A DNA stretch of 64,000 nt from Lama glama. Its lineage: Eukaryota. The DNA is taken from contig CM052828.1 in the NCBI GenBank assembly GCA_028534125.1, forward strand, positions 60,884,001 through 60,948,000. Reading direction: 5' to 3'. Below the pieces are notes generated by a model, which was given only the letters and a program-made list of their open reading frames with translations, was not told where the DNA came from and did no database searches. Made by a program: the position numbers and the translations under genes. Each line of letters begins with the position of its first letter. Positions within the stretch are counted from its first letter, which is position 1. Below are positions 49,501-61,500 of the stretch, piece by piece.

Positions 49501-52500
49501 GGGGTTAATTATTCCAAGGGGACACTGGCATTTGAGAGGGGTGTGGCTTGGAGGGCGTCTGGCCTAGCATTCTCCCACCCTCCCTCCGGCCTCCGAGTGT
49601 TCACCCCCTCGAGGGCCTGTGCTTGGTGACACTGGCCGCCCCCCAGTGCACTACCCCTCCCGCGGCCCCTCAGTGGACTCTGCTCAGCCCAGGGACCCTC
49701 ATGCCTGGGGGGGGCCCACCCACAGAGGGCAGGGCAGGGGCGAGGCACAGCCCCGCATCTCAGCATTCACAGCTGCGGCCGAGTCTGCGCACAGCCTCTT
49801 TTGGACGCCGCGCCCACTAGCCAGTCCGTCACACTGTCCCCAGGAGCACGTGCAGAAAGTTTTCCAGAAGCAGGAGAGCATGGAGGAGATGTTCCACCGG
49901 AGACAGGCGAGCCTGAAGAAGCTGGCGGCCAAGCAGACGCGGCCCGTGCAGCCGGTGGCCCCGCGGCCCGAGGCGCTCACGAAATCTCCCTGCCCCTCCC
50001 CAGGTACCTGCTGTCGCCCCCTTAGCCCCAGGGAACGCCATCCTATGTCCAGACCACTTTGGAGATGAAGTTTTATCGGCAACCGGCCTGCCTGTTCATT
50101 CCCCCGGGTCCAAGCTGCTCCTCGCTGGTGCCGCAGAGTGGCTAGGCCAGGACCACCACCACTGTTGAGGGCCTCTCCTAGGCTGGTCCCCACCCTCCAG
50201 GCCCACGGTCGGTCCCCAGGCACAGCCCTCCTCGAAGGCCGAGCTGAACCCACGGCCTTTCCCAGAGGCCCGTCCTGTCACCTCCTGTCCCCAGACACAC
50301 TGCCCAGTGGCCAGGAAGCACCTGCCCTTTTCTTCAGCTGTGGCCAGTGTTGGCTGGGCTGGGGAGGGCCCCTGAGCCCAGTGTGCGGGGCCCAAGGGGA
50401 CATTACTCTGAGGCCCATCTGGGGTGTCTGGGCACTGAGCCTCCCCTACAGGCCAGGAGCTGCAGCCCTGCTGGGAAGCAGACTCCCGCCGGCCCAGGCG
50501 CCTCCTGAGGCCCTGGCCCCGTCTCCCCAGTTTCCTCCCTTGTCATCCTGCTGGCTGCGCACCGCTTTTCTCCCAAAAGTTAAAAAATGTGCTGATCCTC
50601 CAGGGTGCACCCCGCCTCCCGGCGGGAAGATGCAGTCACACCCCTCCTCCACTTGTCTCCAAACCAGGCATCCGGAGAGGCTCTGAGAACCACAGCTCCG
50701 ACGGCAGCGCAACCCGGAGGGGGCCCTACCGCAGGGCCAAGGTGAGGGCCGCTGACGCCACCGCACAGTCGCCCACCGCCCCCCAGCTGCGCCTTCCCTC
50801 CACGTCCTGCCTGCGGGGCCTCGGGTCAGCCCCAGACTGGACAGGAGCTTGGGGCCTTGGGAGGGGGCGCTGGGCGGCTCCTTCTGCTGTTTGAAAGCTG
50901 CGTGCTCTTGTCTCCCCAGAGCGAGATGAGCGAGGGCCGGCCGGGCCGGGGCAGCTCCACCGGGGACGAGGAGGAGAGCCTGGCCATCCTGCGGAGGTGG
51001 GTGGGCAGCGTCCCCTCTGGGCAGCCTGGTCAGGACACCAGTGTGGCCCAACCAGATCTCAGCTTTTGGGAAGGGTCTGAAAGTCAGGGAGCCAAAGCAG
51101 GCGGAATCCGCCAGCCTCACCCCAGGGCCGCGAAGCAGAAGCAAAGCCGGTGGCATGCCGTGTCCACACCCGCGACCCCGAGAGAGGTTTTCCTCTGAAA
51201 GGCTGCGTTCGCCCCTGGCTTTCAGGTGGCGCTGGGGGATTGTTGTCTCTCCCCAAGTCTGGGGGGAGACTGGGGTGACAGCTCCCCGCCACCACCCCCA
51301 GGCCACAGCAGAGGCCCGGCCACAGACACGCCCCCTCCAGCCTGTCTCCTCGGTGCGGGCCCCTCCCTCTGCCCGTGAGCCTCCCCCCCAGCTCCACCTG
51401 CCAGAAGTCACTTCTCTCTCTTGATCCCGGCCCCTTGGCTCTTCCCCTGCCCCACCCGCGGAGGCTCTGCCTCACACCTACTCAGGCGTCCCACCCACTC
51501 CCTACCCCCTGCAAATGCCGGGAGAGCGTCTGTCCCCGCATAGAAGAACTGCGAGGTGTAAACTCAGGACCTGACAGGAAGGCGCTCCCCACGTCCTTCC
51601 CAGGACCAGCGGTCACTCCCGGGTCACTCCCTTCCAGCTGACCTGGACCATGCGCTGTGCCACAACGGCAGCCTGCATCCCCTGTGCCCTCCTGTGCCAC
51701 AGGGTACTCGGAGCACCCCACACTGCCTGGCCCTCTGTGGGGACCCCGAGCCCACAGTGCCCGGCCCTCCGTAGGGACCTCTCCCTGAGTCCACACTGCC
51801 CGGTCCTCTGCAGGGACCCCGAGCCCACACTGCCCGGCCCTCCGCGGGGACCTCTCCCTGAGCCCATGCTCCCTCCCGCTCTCCCGAGCCCCTGCCTCCC
51901 ACTGCCCTGTGTGGAGCACGGGCACTGCTGATGTTGTCCCATGTGTCTGAGACCCGGCTGTGCTCTGAGGCCCCAGCACAGGCACACCCTTGGCTCTGTT
52001 TTCTGTGTGTGAAAACGGGAAGCTTGGTCAGGGGAGGTTGGAAGGTGATCCTCAGCCGTAAAACCTGTGCCCTCTGGGAGCCCAGACGTGACAGCAGAGC
52101 AGTCCCCGAGCTATCACTGCAGACGCACCATGTGCAGGAGGTGGTGCCACACGTGGTGGCTCTCCGGGTGCCTGGGCAGGTCTTCTCAGGGGAGGAGGCA
52201 GGAGGGCTGGGACGAGGGTGGGAGGACTTGGAGCTGGGGCCTGGGGCACAGGGAGGCCTGGAGTCGGGGCTCCTGGGAGTGCGTGGCAGGCCAGGAAGCT
52301 GCCCCTGCAGCTGTGAAAGCGGGTGCCCTGTCCACAGGCATGTGATGAACGAGCTGCTGGACACGGAACGGGTCTACGTGGAGGAGCTGCTGTGCGTCCT
52401 GGAGGTGAGTGCGCTGGGGGCCCGGCCCACCCTGTGTGGCCTCACGTCACCCTGGGACAGTGTGTGCAGTGTTTGCAGCTGCACGAAGCAACGCCTGACC

Positions 52501-55500
52501 CTTAGGGCACAGATACAGACTGGGGGCCGGACAGGAGTGCGTGCGGCTCCCTGGGTGGGGGCCCTGGACAAGCAGAGCTGGCCCTGAGGCAGGGGGCTGA
52601 CGCCTGGGAGGGACAGAGGGGCTTCCAGGTGCTGGAATGTTCTGTCCGGTGACCCGGGTGGTGGACGCAGGCATGCAGACAGAAATAATCCATCAAGGTG
52701 CGCATCCAGTACTTGTCCCCTTCGTAGAAATTGTGCCTGAATTAAAAGTTTAGAGGGGAGTCAGAGGGAGCCCCCACAAGGTAAAACCGGTGCTGCTCGT
52801 AGCTCACTCGTGTTTCGTGGTGCTTCTCCGGAGAGTCACCTCAGGTGATCAGTGGGTGAATTCGAGGGGATCAGCCTCCCAAAACCGGAGGCAGCATCAC
52901 TGCCCCCCCTGGCGGCCACGTGGAACCCACACTGCCAGGCCAGCTGCCGGGGCTGTGGTCCAACAGCCGGTGGTCTGTCCGCTGCAGCCCAGGATCCCCG
53001 CTGACCGCGTCCTCTCCCGCAGGGCTACGCCGCCGAGATGGAGAACCCTCTAATGACGCACCTCATCTCGACCGGCCTTCATAACAAGAAGGACATTCTC
53101 TTTGGAAACATGGAAGAAATCTACCACTTTCATAACAGGTGGGGACTCCTTCCGGTCACCCACGGCTCTGCCTGCAGGAAGCCGATGCACAAACGGGCCG
53201 GCCCTACTTTGCGGGAGGGGGTGGGGTCGGGACTGGCCCTCCTCCCTCTCGGGGGTAAGCAGACCAGGAAGCTGGTGGCAGACCCCTCCCAGCGCCACGG
53301 GGCAAGAGAGCACGGCGGCTGTGGGACCCGACCCACCCTCCTCTGGACTCCAGGAGGCTCTGGGGCGTCTGTCCAACCACAGGCTTTTGCTTCCGGTCAT
53401 CAGCCTCCCTCACGCACCTGCTTGTAAAGGAGGCGGCAGGTCTGCAGCTGGACCCCAGCCTGGAGTCCACCCCTAGGAACTGGGACGAGCGGGTGGCAGG
53501 TGCCCAGCATCCTGGGCCCTGGTCTGGAGTCTCGGCCCATCCTCGGTGCTGGGCCCCTGGCAGCCTTAGGGGGCAGTGCTAGCATCATGAACTGAGCCCA
53601 GGGAGCTCCTCTCCCAACAGACGAAGGTCAGAAGCAGGAAAATTCGGTCCACAGGCCCAGGGCAGTGCTGCGTGGAGGAGGGTCTGAGGGCAGAGCCAAG
53701 GCCCTGATACCTCTGCAGAAAACCCACTGGGCACACGGGATGCGAGGGCTGGGCTCTCAGGGCCTCAAGACCCTCTGGCTGTCTGCTGTGGCATCCCGTG
53801 GCTTCTGCGTGACCGCCAACACCAGAGACATGGCGCAGCCACACGGGGCCCGGCCTGTGCAGAGTCAGGGCACGTGCCTGGAAAATAGCACCTAATAACT
53901 TGCTGCAGACGCCGCCTGACTCTGGGTGCTGTGCACGAGACCTAACGCAAGCTTTCTTTGTCTAGAATATTCCTGAGGGAGCTGGAGAACTACAAAGACT
54001 CCCCCGAGCTGGTGGGGAGGTGCTTTCTGGAAAGGGTATGTTCCTCTCAGCTGCAGGCTTGGCAGCGTCTTGCTGCTTAAAATTACTGCTTAGAGCAATA
54101 GTGACTTTAAATTCTATCACAGTCGTTCTCTAACCCACCGAAATCATGCGTACAGATGTTTCCAGTTTGGCTGAGGTGACCTGATGCTTTTGGGAGGGCC
54201 GGAAAAGCAGAGTTTTATCAAAAACCCAATCACTGGTTCAAAAAAGAGGAAAGCTATAAAATGGCACCCTTGAGAGATGCCGGAACTATAAAGTGTCCGG
54301 GTGCTGACGGCAGGTGTCGGGTGAAGCTGACTTCCCTGCAGGCTGGTGTGGGTTTCGTGCTGGTCCCGCCCGTGTCTGGCCGACACTGGACAGCCACTGG
54401 CGCTCTCAAGTAGTAGGTGTGGGCACGGTCTTGTGTCCCTGTGAGCCTGTGCCCCGCTCAGACTGGCCGTCAGGAATGATCCGCCCCCTCCCCCGCGCGC
54501 CCCCAGCCCTGATGCTGTTCGAGACTTGCCGGGTCGTCACACTGTAGCTCAGTGGTTGTAAGTGGCCCGTTCCCACAGCATCAGCACCTCCTGGGAGGCT
54601 GGGAGCGGTGCAGGTTTTCAGGTCACAGCCTGGACCTGCTGAGCAGGGCCTCCGGTGTGGGCAGCGGCCAGTGTTTATGGGGGGTTGTTAGGCCCACCAG
54701 CGTTATGATGCACGAAGTGTGAGCTGAGCCCGGCAGAGTCTTTCTTTACAAAGTCAGTGTTGGTCCTGCGTTTATCCCTGAGGCACAGCCCAGCCATGTG
54801 GAGCTGGTCTTTGTGAAAGAGGGACCAGGACGAGGGCAGCCCTGAGATGTGAACTTCCGGGCGGGGTGCGTCTGAGATGGGGGCTGACCCTGACTCAGGG
54901 AGAGGCCAGGCTGGGCCCAGAGGCAGAGACGCGGGGTGGGGGCATCGGAGGGGCTGACTGGGAAGGGCGGAGACCTGCACAGACACGGGGGCACCCCGTG
55001 ATGCAGCCCGCATCCCGGTGCAGATGGAGGAATTCCAGGTCTACGAGAAGTACTGCCAGAACAAGCCGCGCTCCGAGAGCCTGTGGAGGCAGTGCGCCGA
55101 CTGCCCGTTCTTCCAGGTGTGTTTCCTGCCCCTGAGCGCGGGCCTGCCTTTGCTGGTTGACTCCCTAACAAGGAACGGCGGGAACTGTCTAAACCCGAGC
55201 TTGGTGGTTGCAGGAATGTCAGAGGAAGCTGGACCATAAGCTAAGCCTGGACTCCTACCTGCTGAAGCCCGTCCAGAGGATCACCAAGTACCAGCTGCTG
55301 CTCAAGGTGAGACGCCGGAGCCCCCGGGGCCCCTCCCCCTCCAGCCTGGCCAGGTGCCCCCCGCAGCCCCCCTCCAGCTGGCCGCCCGCCCAGCACCACC
55401 CAGTGGCAGCTGCCCCAGCCAGTCCCTGAGCTCCGCGATGTCTGCGAGGCCCTGGCTCTTCACACTCCTTTGTGGGGTGTCACCGTTAGGGGCCAGGAAC

Positions 55501-58500
55501 ACAGCGGGACACAGGCAGGCCGGCCCTGCCCCACGAGCACATGCAGGGCCGCCTGCGTCCCACTGCCCTGGGGGCCCAGCGTGGGCAGCTCCCCAAGGCC
55601 CAAGTGAGAATGGGGTGTCGTGTCTGGAGGGAAGGAGTAATGGATCGGAACTAGGAGGTGGGTGCTCGTCCAGACCAGGTGCTGCAAGGGGACAGCGGAG
55701 GTCAGCCAATGACCTGCTCAGGGGACATTCACGATTTGCAGCCTCCACGCAGGCTGCTGGGAAGGGTGTGGGGCCGCAGGGATGGAGAGGGCGGCTTCCT
55801 GAGCTGCTCCAAGGCGAGGCCAGTGGGCCAGGCAGGCCCCCCATTTGGGGAGCATGTGTGTGGTCCCATCCCTGGCGGTGACAGCTGCACAGGGAACCAC
55901 ACACATGTCCCAAGGATCCGGGCTCGGGGCCACTCAGGGCTGTGCTTGTAAGACAGAGCACGGGCCACTCATGGAGCGGTGGGGCTCAGTGTCCAGATGG
56001 GCTGTTGAACCTCCCGCAGGAAATGCTGAAATACAGCAAGAACTGCGAGGGGGCCGAGGACCTGCAGGAGGCGCTGAGCTCCATCCTGGGCATCCTCAAG
56101 GCGGTGAACGACTCCATGCACTTGATCGCCATCACTGGCTACGAGGTGAGGGCCAGCGGCGCCCATGAGCCTGGGCATGCCGTCTGAGCAGGGTGGGCGG
56201 AGGCCACCCCGTCACCGGTGCAGGCTGTGCACCCGCACCACCCAGAATCCCACCGCCACCTGACTCTGACTGCCCAGCCGGCTGCAGGCAGCTTCCCCCC
56301 GGTGGGTGCGTCCCTGCACGGACAGCCCTGAGGACCCTGCATTCCTGGCCTGTCCCTGAATCCGTTCTCTCTGGCGCCGCTTGTGAGCGTGGAAGTCGGG
56401 TTTCTCCCTCATCCTCTGCGTGCCCACGTCAGGCGCACGCATGGGGCCTTTCTGAGTCCACCCAGCGTGCGTCCTCAGTTTGTTTGGTCTTTCTGTCAGT
56501 GGGCATTGTTTCTGGAGCCGTTTTAGGTTCACAGCAGAACTGAGGCGAAAGTACAGGGCTTTCCCGTTGACCGCCGCTCCCACACGCACAGCTGGCCCCA
56601 CGGCCCCTGCCCCACACGAGCCGGGCCTCGGCCACCGTCCACAACACGGCATGAAGGGTCCACAGCGCACGCAGGGTCACTCTGCATTGTGTGTTCTGTG
56701 GGCCTGGACAGACGGATGACGCGTGTCCACCACTGCAGTGACAGAGCCTTTCGCTGCCCTGAACACCGCAGTTCCCGCTCCTCCCCCAGGGCCCCCAGGA
56801 CCCCCAGCCATAGATGGCCTTCTTCCGCGTGTGGGGTCGTGGCCCTCCCACACGGCTCCGCGCGGCAGCACGAGGGCTCACGCCCTCCTTTGCCGCGCCC
56901 AGGGGAACCTGAGCGACCTGGGGAAGCTGCTGATGCAGGGCTCCTTCAGCGTCTGGACCGACCACAAGAAGGGCCACGCCAAGGTGAAGGACCTGGCCAG
57001 GTTCAAGCCCATGCAGCGCCACCTGTTCCTGCATGAGAAGGCCGTGCTGTTCTGCAAGAGGCGGGAGGAGAGCGGGGAGGGCTACGAGAAGGCCCCGTCC
57101 TACAGCTACAAGCAGTCCCTGAACGTGAGTCCGCGCGCCGCCCAGCGCCCCGCCGTACCCTTGGGGGCGGGGCCTGGGACCCCCGGCGTCCTTAGCCCCC
57201 ACCCCAAGCCATGGCACGGTGCCTTCTGGAGCGGGCAGTGCCCTCGCCACGCGCCCACGCCCTCCCCCACGCTGCCCTCCCAGATGACAGCCGTTGGCAT
57301 CACGGAGAATGTGAAAGGGGACACGCGGAAGTTTGAGATCTGGTACAACGCCCGGGAGGAGGTTTACATCGTACAGGTAGGCCCGGCGCGTGGGGCCGTC
57401 TCCCGGGTGAGCCCGCAAAGTGTGTCCTCGGGGGACAGGAGCACTCACCTCCCGGCATTGCCTCTGGGGCACAGGCACCGACTCCCGAAATCAAGGCCGC
57501 GTGGGTGAGCGAGATCCGCAAGGTGCTGACCAGCCAGCTGCAGGCGTGTCGAGGTGCGGTTTCCTCCCGGTGCCTTCTGTCCTGTTGCCCTAGGGGCCCT
57601 TTCCATGCGTTCAAAGCAGCCTCAAAATTCTTACCCTCTGAGACACCGCAGCAACTGGAGCAGAAGGAGCTCCATTTGCTTTGAGTTCCTGAGCCGCGCT
57701 GGGCTTCTGTCCCCGCAGAGGCCAGCCAGCACAGAGCCCTGGAGCAGTCCCATAGCCTGCCGCTGCCTGCGCCTGCCAACACCAGGTGAGGACCTGGCCA
57801 CCACCGCGTTGGGGGGTCACCGTGGGAATTAGCTCGGGCCACCGAGTCCACATGGCCCCGTCACCAGAGTCCCCTGGTCATCAGGATCACTCTGAGTTTG
57901 CCCAGAGGCCCCTGCGTGCATCCCTGGACCTACATGCTGGTGGCCAGTCCCAGCAGGTCAGCTTCAAGGCCTGTGTGCCTGGTCCCTGTCCCAGGTGGAG
58001 AGCGGCCCCCACATCTCTGGTGGCTTCCGTCTGTGGTGCAGTTCCTGCTGTGACCGCGTGTGCGTGTGGCTGTCCTGAAAGCGGTCGAGCACCAGCATCT
58101 CAGTGCTGGTCGCGCCCCCAGCAGACAGGGGCCCTGGGGTGCAAGGAGCCAGAGCTGCTCCCAAGGCACCCAGCTCGCAGACGCGGGGGCGAGTCTCACA
58201 TCGGCATCGTTGCACCTTTTCTGCTCTTGTTTTTCCTTTGTTATTTCATTCATTCACTTGCTTTTTACCTTTTCCTCACATGTGCTGCCTCTAGTCATTC
58301 ATGGAACAGGATACAGTCTGAATAAATAAACCGCAAAGCAACAGGTTTAAAGGAAGAAGGACAGGGAGGGAGGAGAGGGGCCCACAAAGCCGCCTCCCAC
58401 ATAGCAGCTCGGAAGGCGGGTTTTGCTCTCACCTGGCTCCGCTGCTCAATCTGGACGCATGTGGCCGTGGCAGCTGTGCAGCGGGAGACGCGCGGCCGTC

Positions 58501-61500
58501 GGGCCTGGGGAGGAGCTCGGGGGTCTCCACCCCTCATCCTCGGAGCTTTGACAACTAATTGGGCGACACTCTCTTTCTTTCTTGACGTGTCCGATGTCCT
58601 CAGCCCCTTGAAAGGGAACACGAGAAACATCAAAAAGTTGGAAGAAAGGAAAACAGACCCGCTCAGCCTGGAGGGATATGTGAGCTCCACATCGTTGCCG
58701 AGGCCCCCGGACAAGGGCAGAGGTGGGTGTTGGGGCCGGGCCGCCCGTGCCGGGACGCGCAGCCTCCTGCCGCTCGGCGAGGCTGGCGGAGTGCGGGTCC
58801 CAGCCGCCCAAGAGGAGCGCGGAGGCCGTGCCCGCAGAGCCGCCCTGCACTGTCCCTCTCTTCCTCTAGACGGCGCGGTCACCAGCTCTGCGTCAGAAAG
58901 CGCTGCGCTGGCGAGAAAGCGCTTCCCCCTGCAGGGCTTCACTGCCCTGAAAGGGCAGAAAGGTAAAGGCAGGGCCGGCGCTGCGCCTGCCCCGCCCCAG
59001 CCTGTCTGTCATCCATTTGTGCCGTGGTCGTTCGTGTGGACATCTCGGGGCCGTCCGCCTCCGCCATTGCCACGGAAGCATTTCCCATTGACTCACCCTT
59101 TTCCATTCGCCGCTGTGTCTGTTACACGTGCAGCCAGAGCTCTTTTCTGGGCTGTTTCTTTGGCAAAGTGGAGGCGAGCTCTTCCACCGAAGGCCTGCCC
59201 AGAAACTGGAGGAGACTGAAGTTGTCTCTTGCTTTTTCGGTCCAACTCCTCCCCACGCCCTCCCTCTCTGGCTTTTTCCTGCCGGCCCATGGCCGTTACC
59301 GTCCCTGCCATAGCGCTAAGTGCCAGCCCCGCCCCTGGCGTTTCAGGCCCGCCGCCCCGACTGCCCCGCCGTGCTCCTGGGCGGCGAGTGTGCAGGGGAG
59401 ACACGGCGCAGCCGCGCACGAGGCGAGACCTGACGCCCAGGCGACTGTGAGAGGGCTCCCGCGAGTACTGGACGCGCGTCCCGCCTAGGGTCCTTCTCAC
59501 TGGTCCAAAAACTTGGAGTTTTTTTTTTCCAACTTATAAAATACTTTTAGCCTCAAACTAAAAAAAAAAAAAAAAAAAAAGACAAGTGCAGGTGCCACAC
59601 CCCTGGCCGGGTGTGGAGAGTCACGTGCATGCTCCACGAAGAGCCCGGCAAGCACACCTGAAAGACGCACCCGGGCCAGCGTGAGCCCTGCAGCTCCTCA
59701 CGCTCTCCTGGGCCCTCCTGCCCCCTCTGGGCCCCTGGCGGCTTCGTTTGCTCCCCAGAAGCTGCTTCTTGCGTCAGTGACAGCGAGCCTGCTCGCCCCG
59801 TGTCCATCCCAGCGTGAACTCGGTGTTTTCGCGCCTCGCGGGTGGTCTGCGTGCTCCTCACTCTCCTGTTGTTTCTGCCTCTGCCTCCTCCTGCAGCTTC
59901 TCCTCCCAGTCCCGACAAAAAAGCTAAGCGGCACCAAGTAAAGAGCGACCCAACGCCTTTTGGTTCACGAGGTAGAGTGGCCCAGCCCGACGTCCACCTC
60001 CCCGTCCGGTTAGGGACACTGTCTTGCTGTCACATGTCATCTGAGATCACAACGAAGTAGGTCTCTCCGAGCCAGGGGCAAATGCTCTTTGCACTGATGC
60101 TCTGGTGACCGATGCCATGATGACATCACTCCTCTGACCGGCTCTGCCCAGAGCCTGCAGAACAAGGCTCTGACACCTGGCTGGTGCTTGGCCACGTAGG
60201 CTTCAGGGCTCCCCGTCCCTGGCCATCCTGCTTCACCATTTGTCCCGAAGCTTCTGTGGAAACACAGAATGCGGCAGCCGACAGGTCCCATCCCATCTGT
60301 CGTTTCCTGAGAGACCCCAGCGGTACAGGCAGATGGGGTCAGGCTCTCCTACTGGACCTCGGGCCTTCACCTCTCTTGCCACTCATGGTCTGAGGGCAAT
60401 GACCCCCCCCCCCCGGCCCAGACTGAGGGTCTGAAAATCACAGAGAGAATTTCACTCTGAACCTTCCTGAGTTCCCCAAACAACATGAAGGTTCCCAAGG
60501 GGTACAGGCTGAACCAAATCCCCACACGCACACCTGGAGGCCACCCAGAGGTCACCGTAGCCACCCTGGCCTCAGTCTGCACTCCGGGGACCCAGGCTGC
60601 ACCCTCTCGCGACCCCAGGTGGGAGAGCTCAGAGGCCGGGGCTGCGACCGCCTCCTCCAGCCCTGCCCTCCACCCTGCGGAGGCCCCCAAGCTGCGGGGA
60701 AGGGTCCCTGCCCCTTGGTGGTCTCCTGGGAGGGGCTGGCTTTGGTCATCTGGGCACTGCTCTGCTGACTCCTTGTGTAGGAAGCTGCCCAGGGCCACGC
60801 GGCTCAGACACTGCTTCTGACGCCGTTGAGCCCGGTGGCGTCACCTCTGCCTGCTCCTCTCCTCACCTGCGGCGGCCTCGCAGTGAAGAGTGTCAGCCCT
60901 GAGCCCGGGCTCGGTGCCAGGCCTCCCCTCCTGCTCCGTCACTCCTGGCCACAGCGGTGACAGGGAGCTACAGGCCTTGCTGGCTGGTGCCAAGTGCTTG
61001 CTTCCTGGACAGCCTCTTCAGCACTGACGTTCATGCCTGCTCTACAGGAAACAGACCAAATTCAGGGTCACCGTGGCCTCACGTCCTCTCGCAGCACCCC
61101 CAGCACCCGGCGTGATCCAGAGTGCTTGTCGTGCTTCCAAACGTTTCGTTGTCTTGTTCCACGCTCAGTGCCCGGGCGGTGGGTCGCAGCGTTTCCCTTC
61201 ACTCTGGTGTCGCTCTGCCGATGCAGGGATACTCAGTCCATCCCGGGTGGTTCATTCAGAAGCCCCGGCCGACGGGCGTGACCGCAGGCCCAGACGCTGC
61301 TGTGCAGCTGGAAGGCCTGCTCTCCGCAGGTGCCAGAGGGCGGAGCTGTCTGTCTGTGGGTTCAGGTTCGCAGACCCGGCGACCACGCAGCTCTGCCTCT
61401 CTGCCCAGGGGACAGCCTTCACCTTTCTGTCCTCACTGTCCTCCTTCAGCCCTACGTTCTTTGTGGCCAGAAGCCCCGTCCATCAGTGTGGGCTGGAGGG

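Noticed and set aside
57125-57283. 159-nt in-frame, stop-free intron 22
   Set aside because: Retention would insert 53 low-complexity residues into the PH fold. It is probably chance given the GC content.
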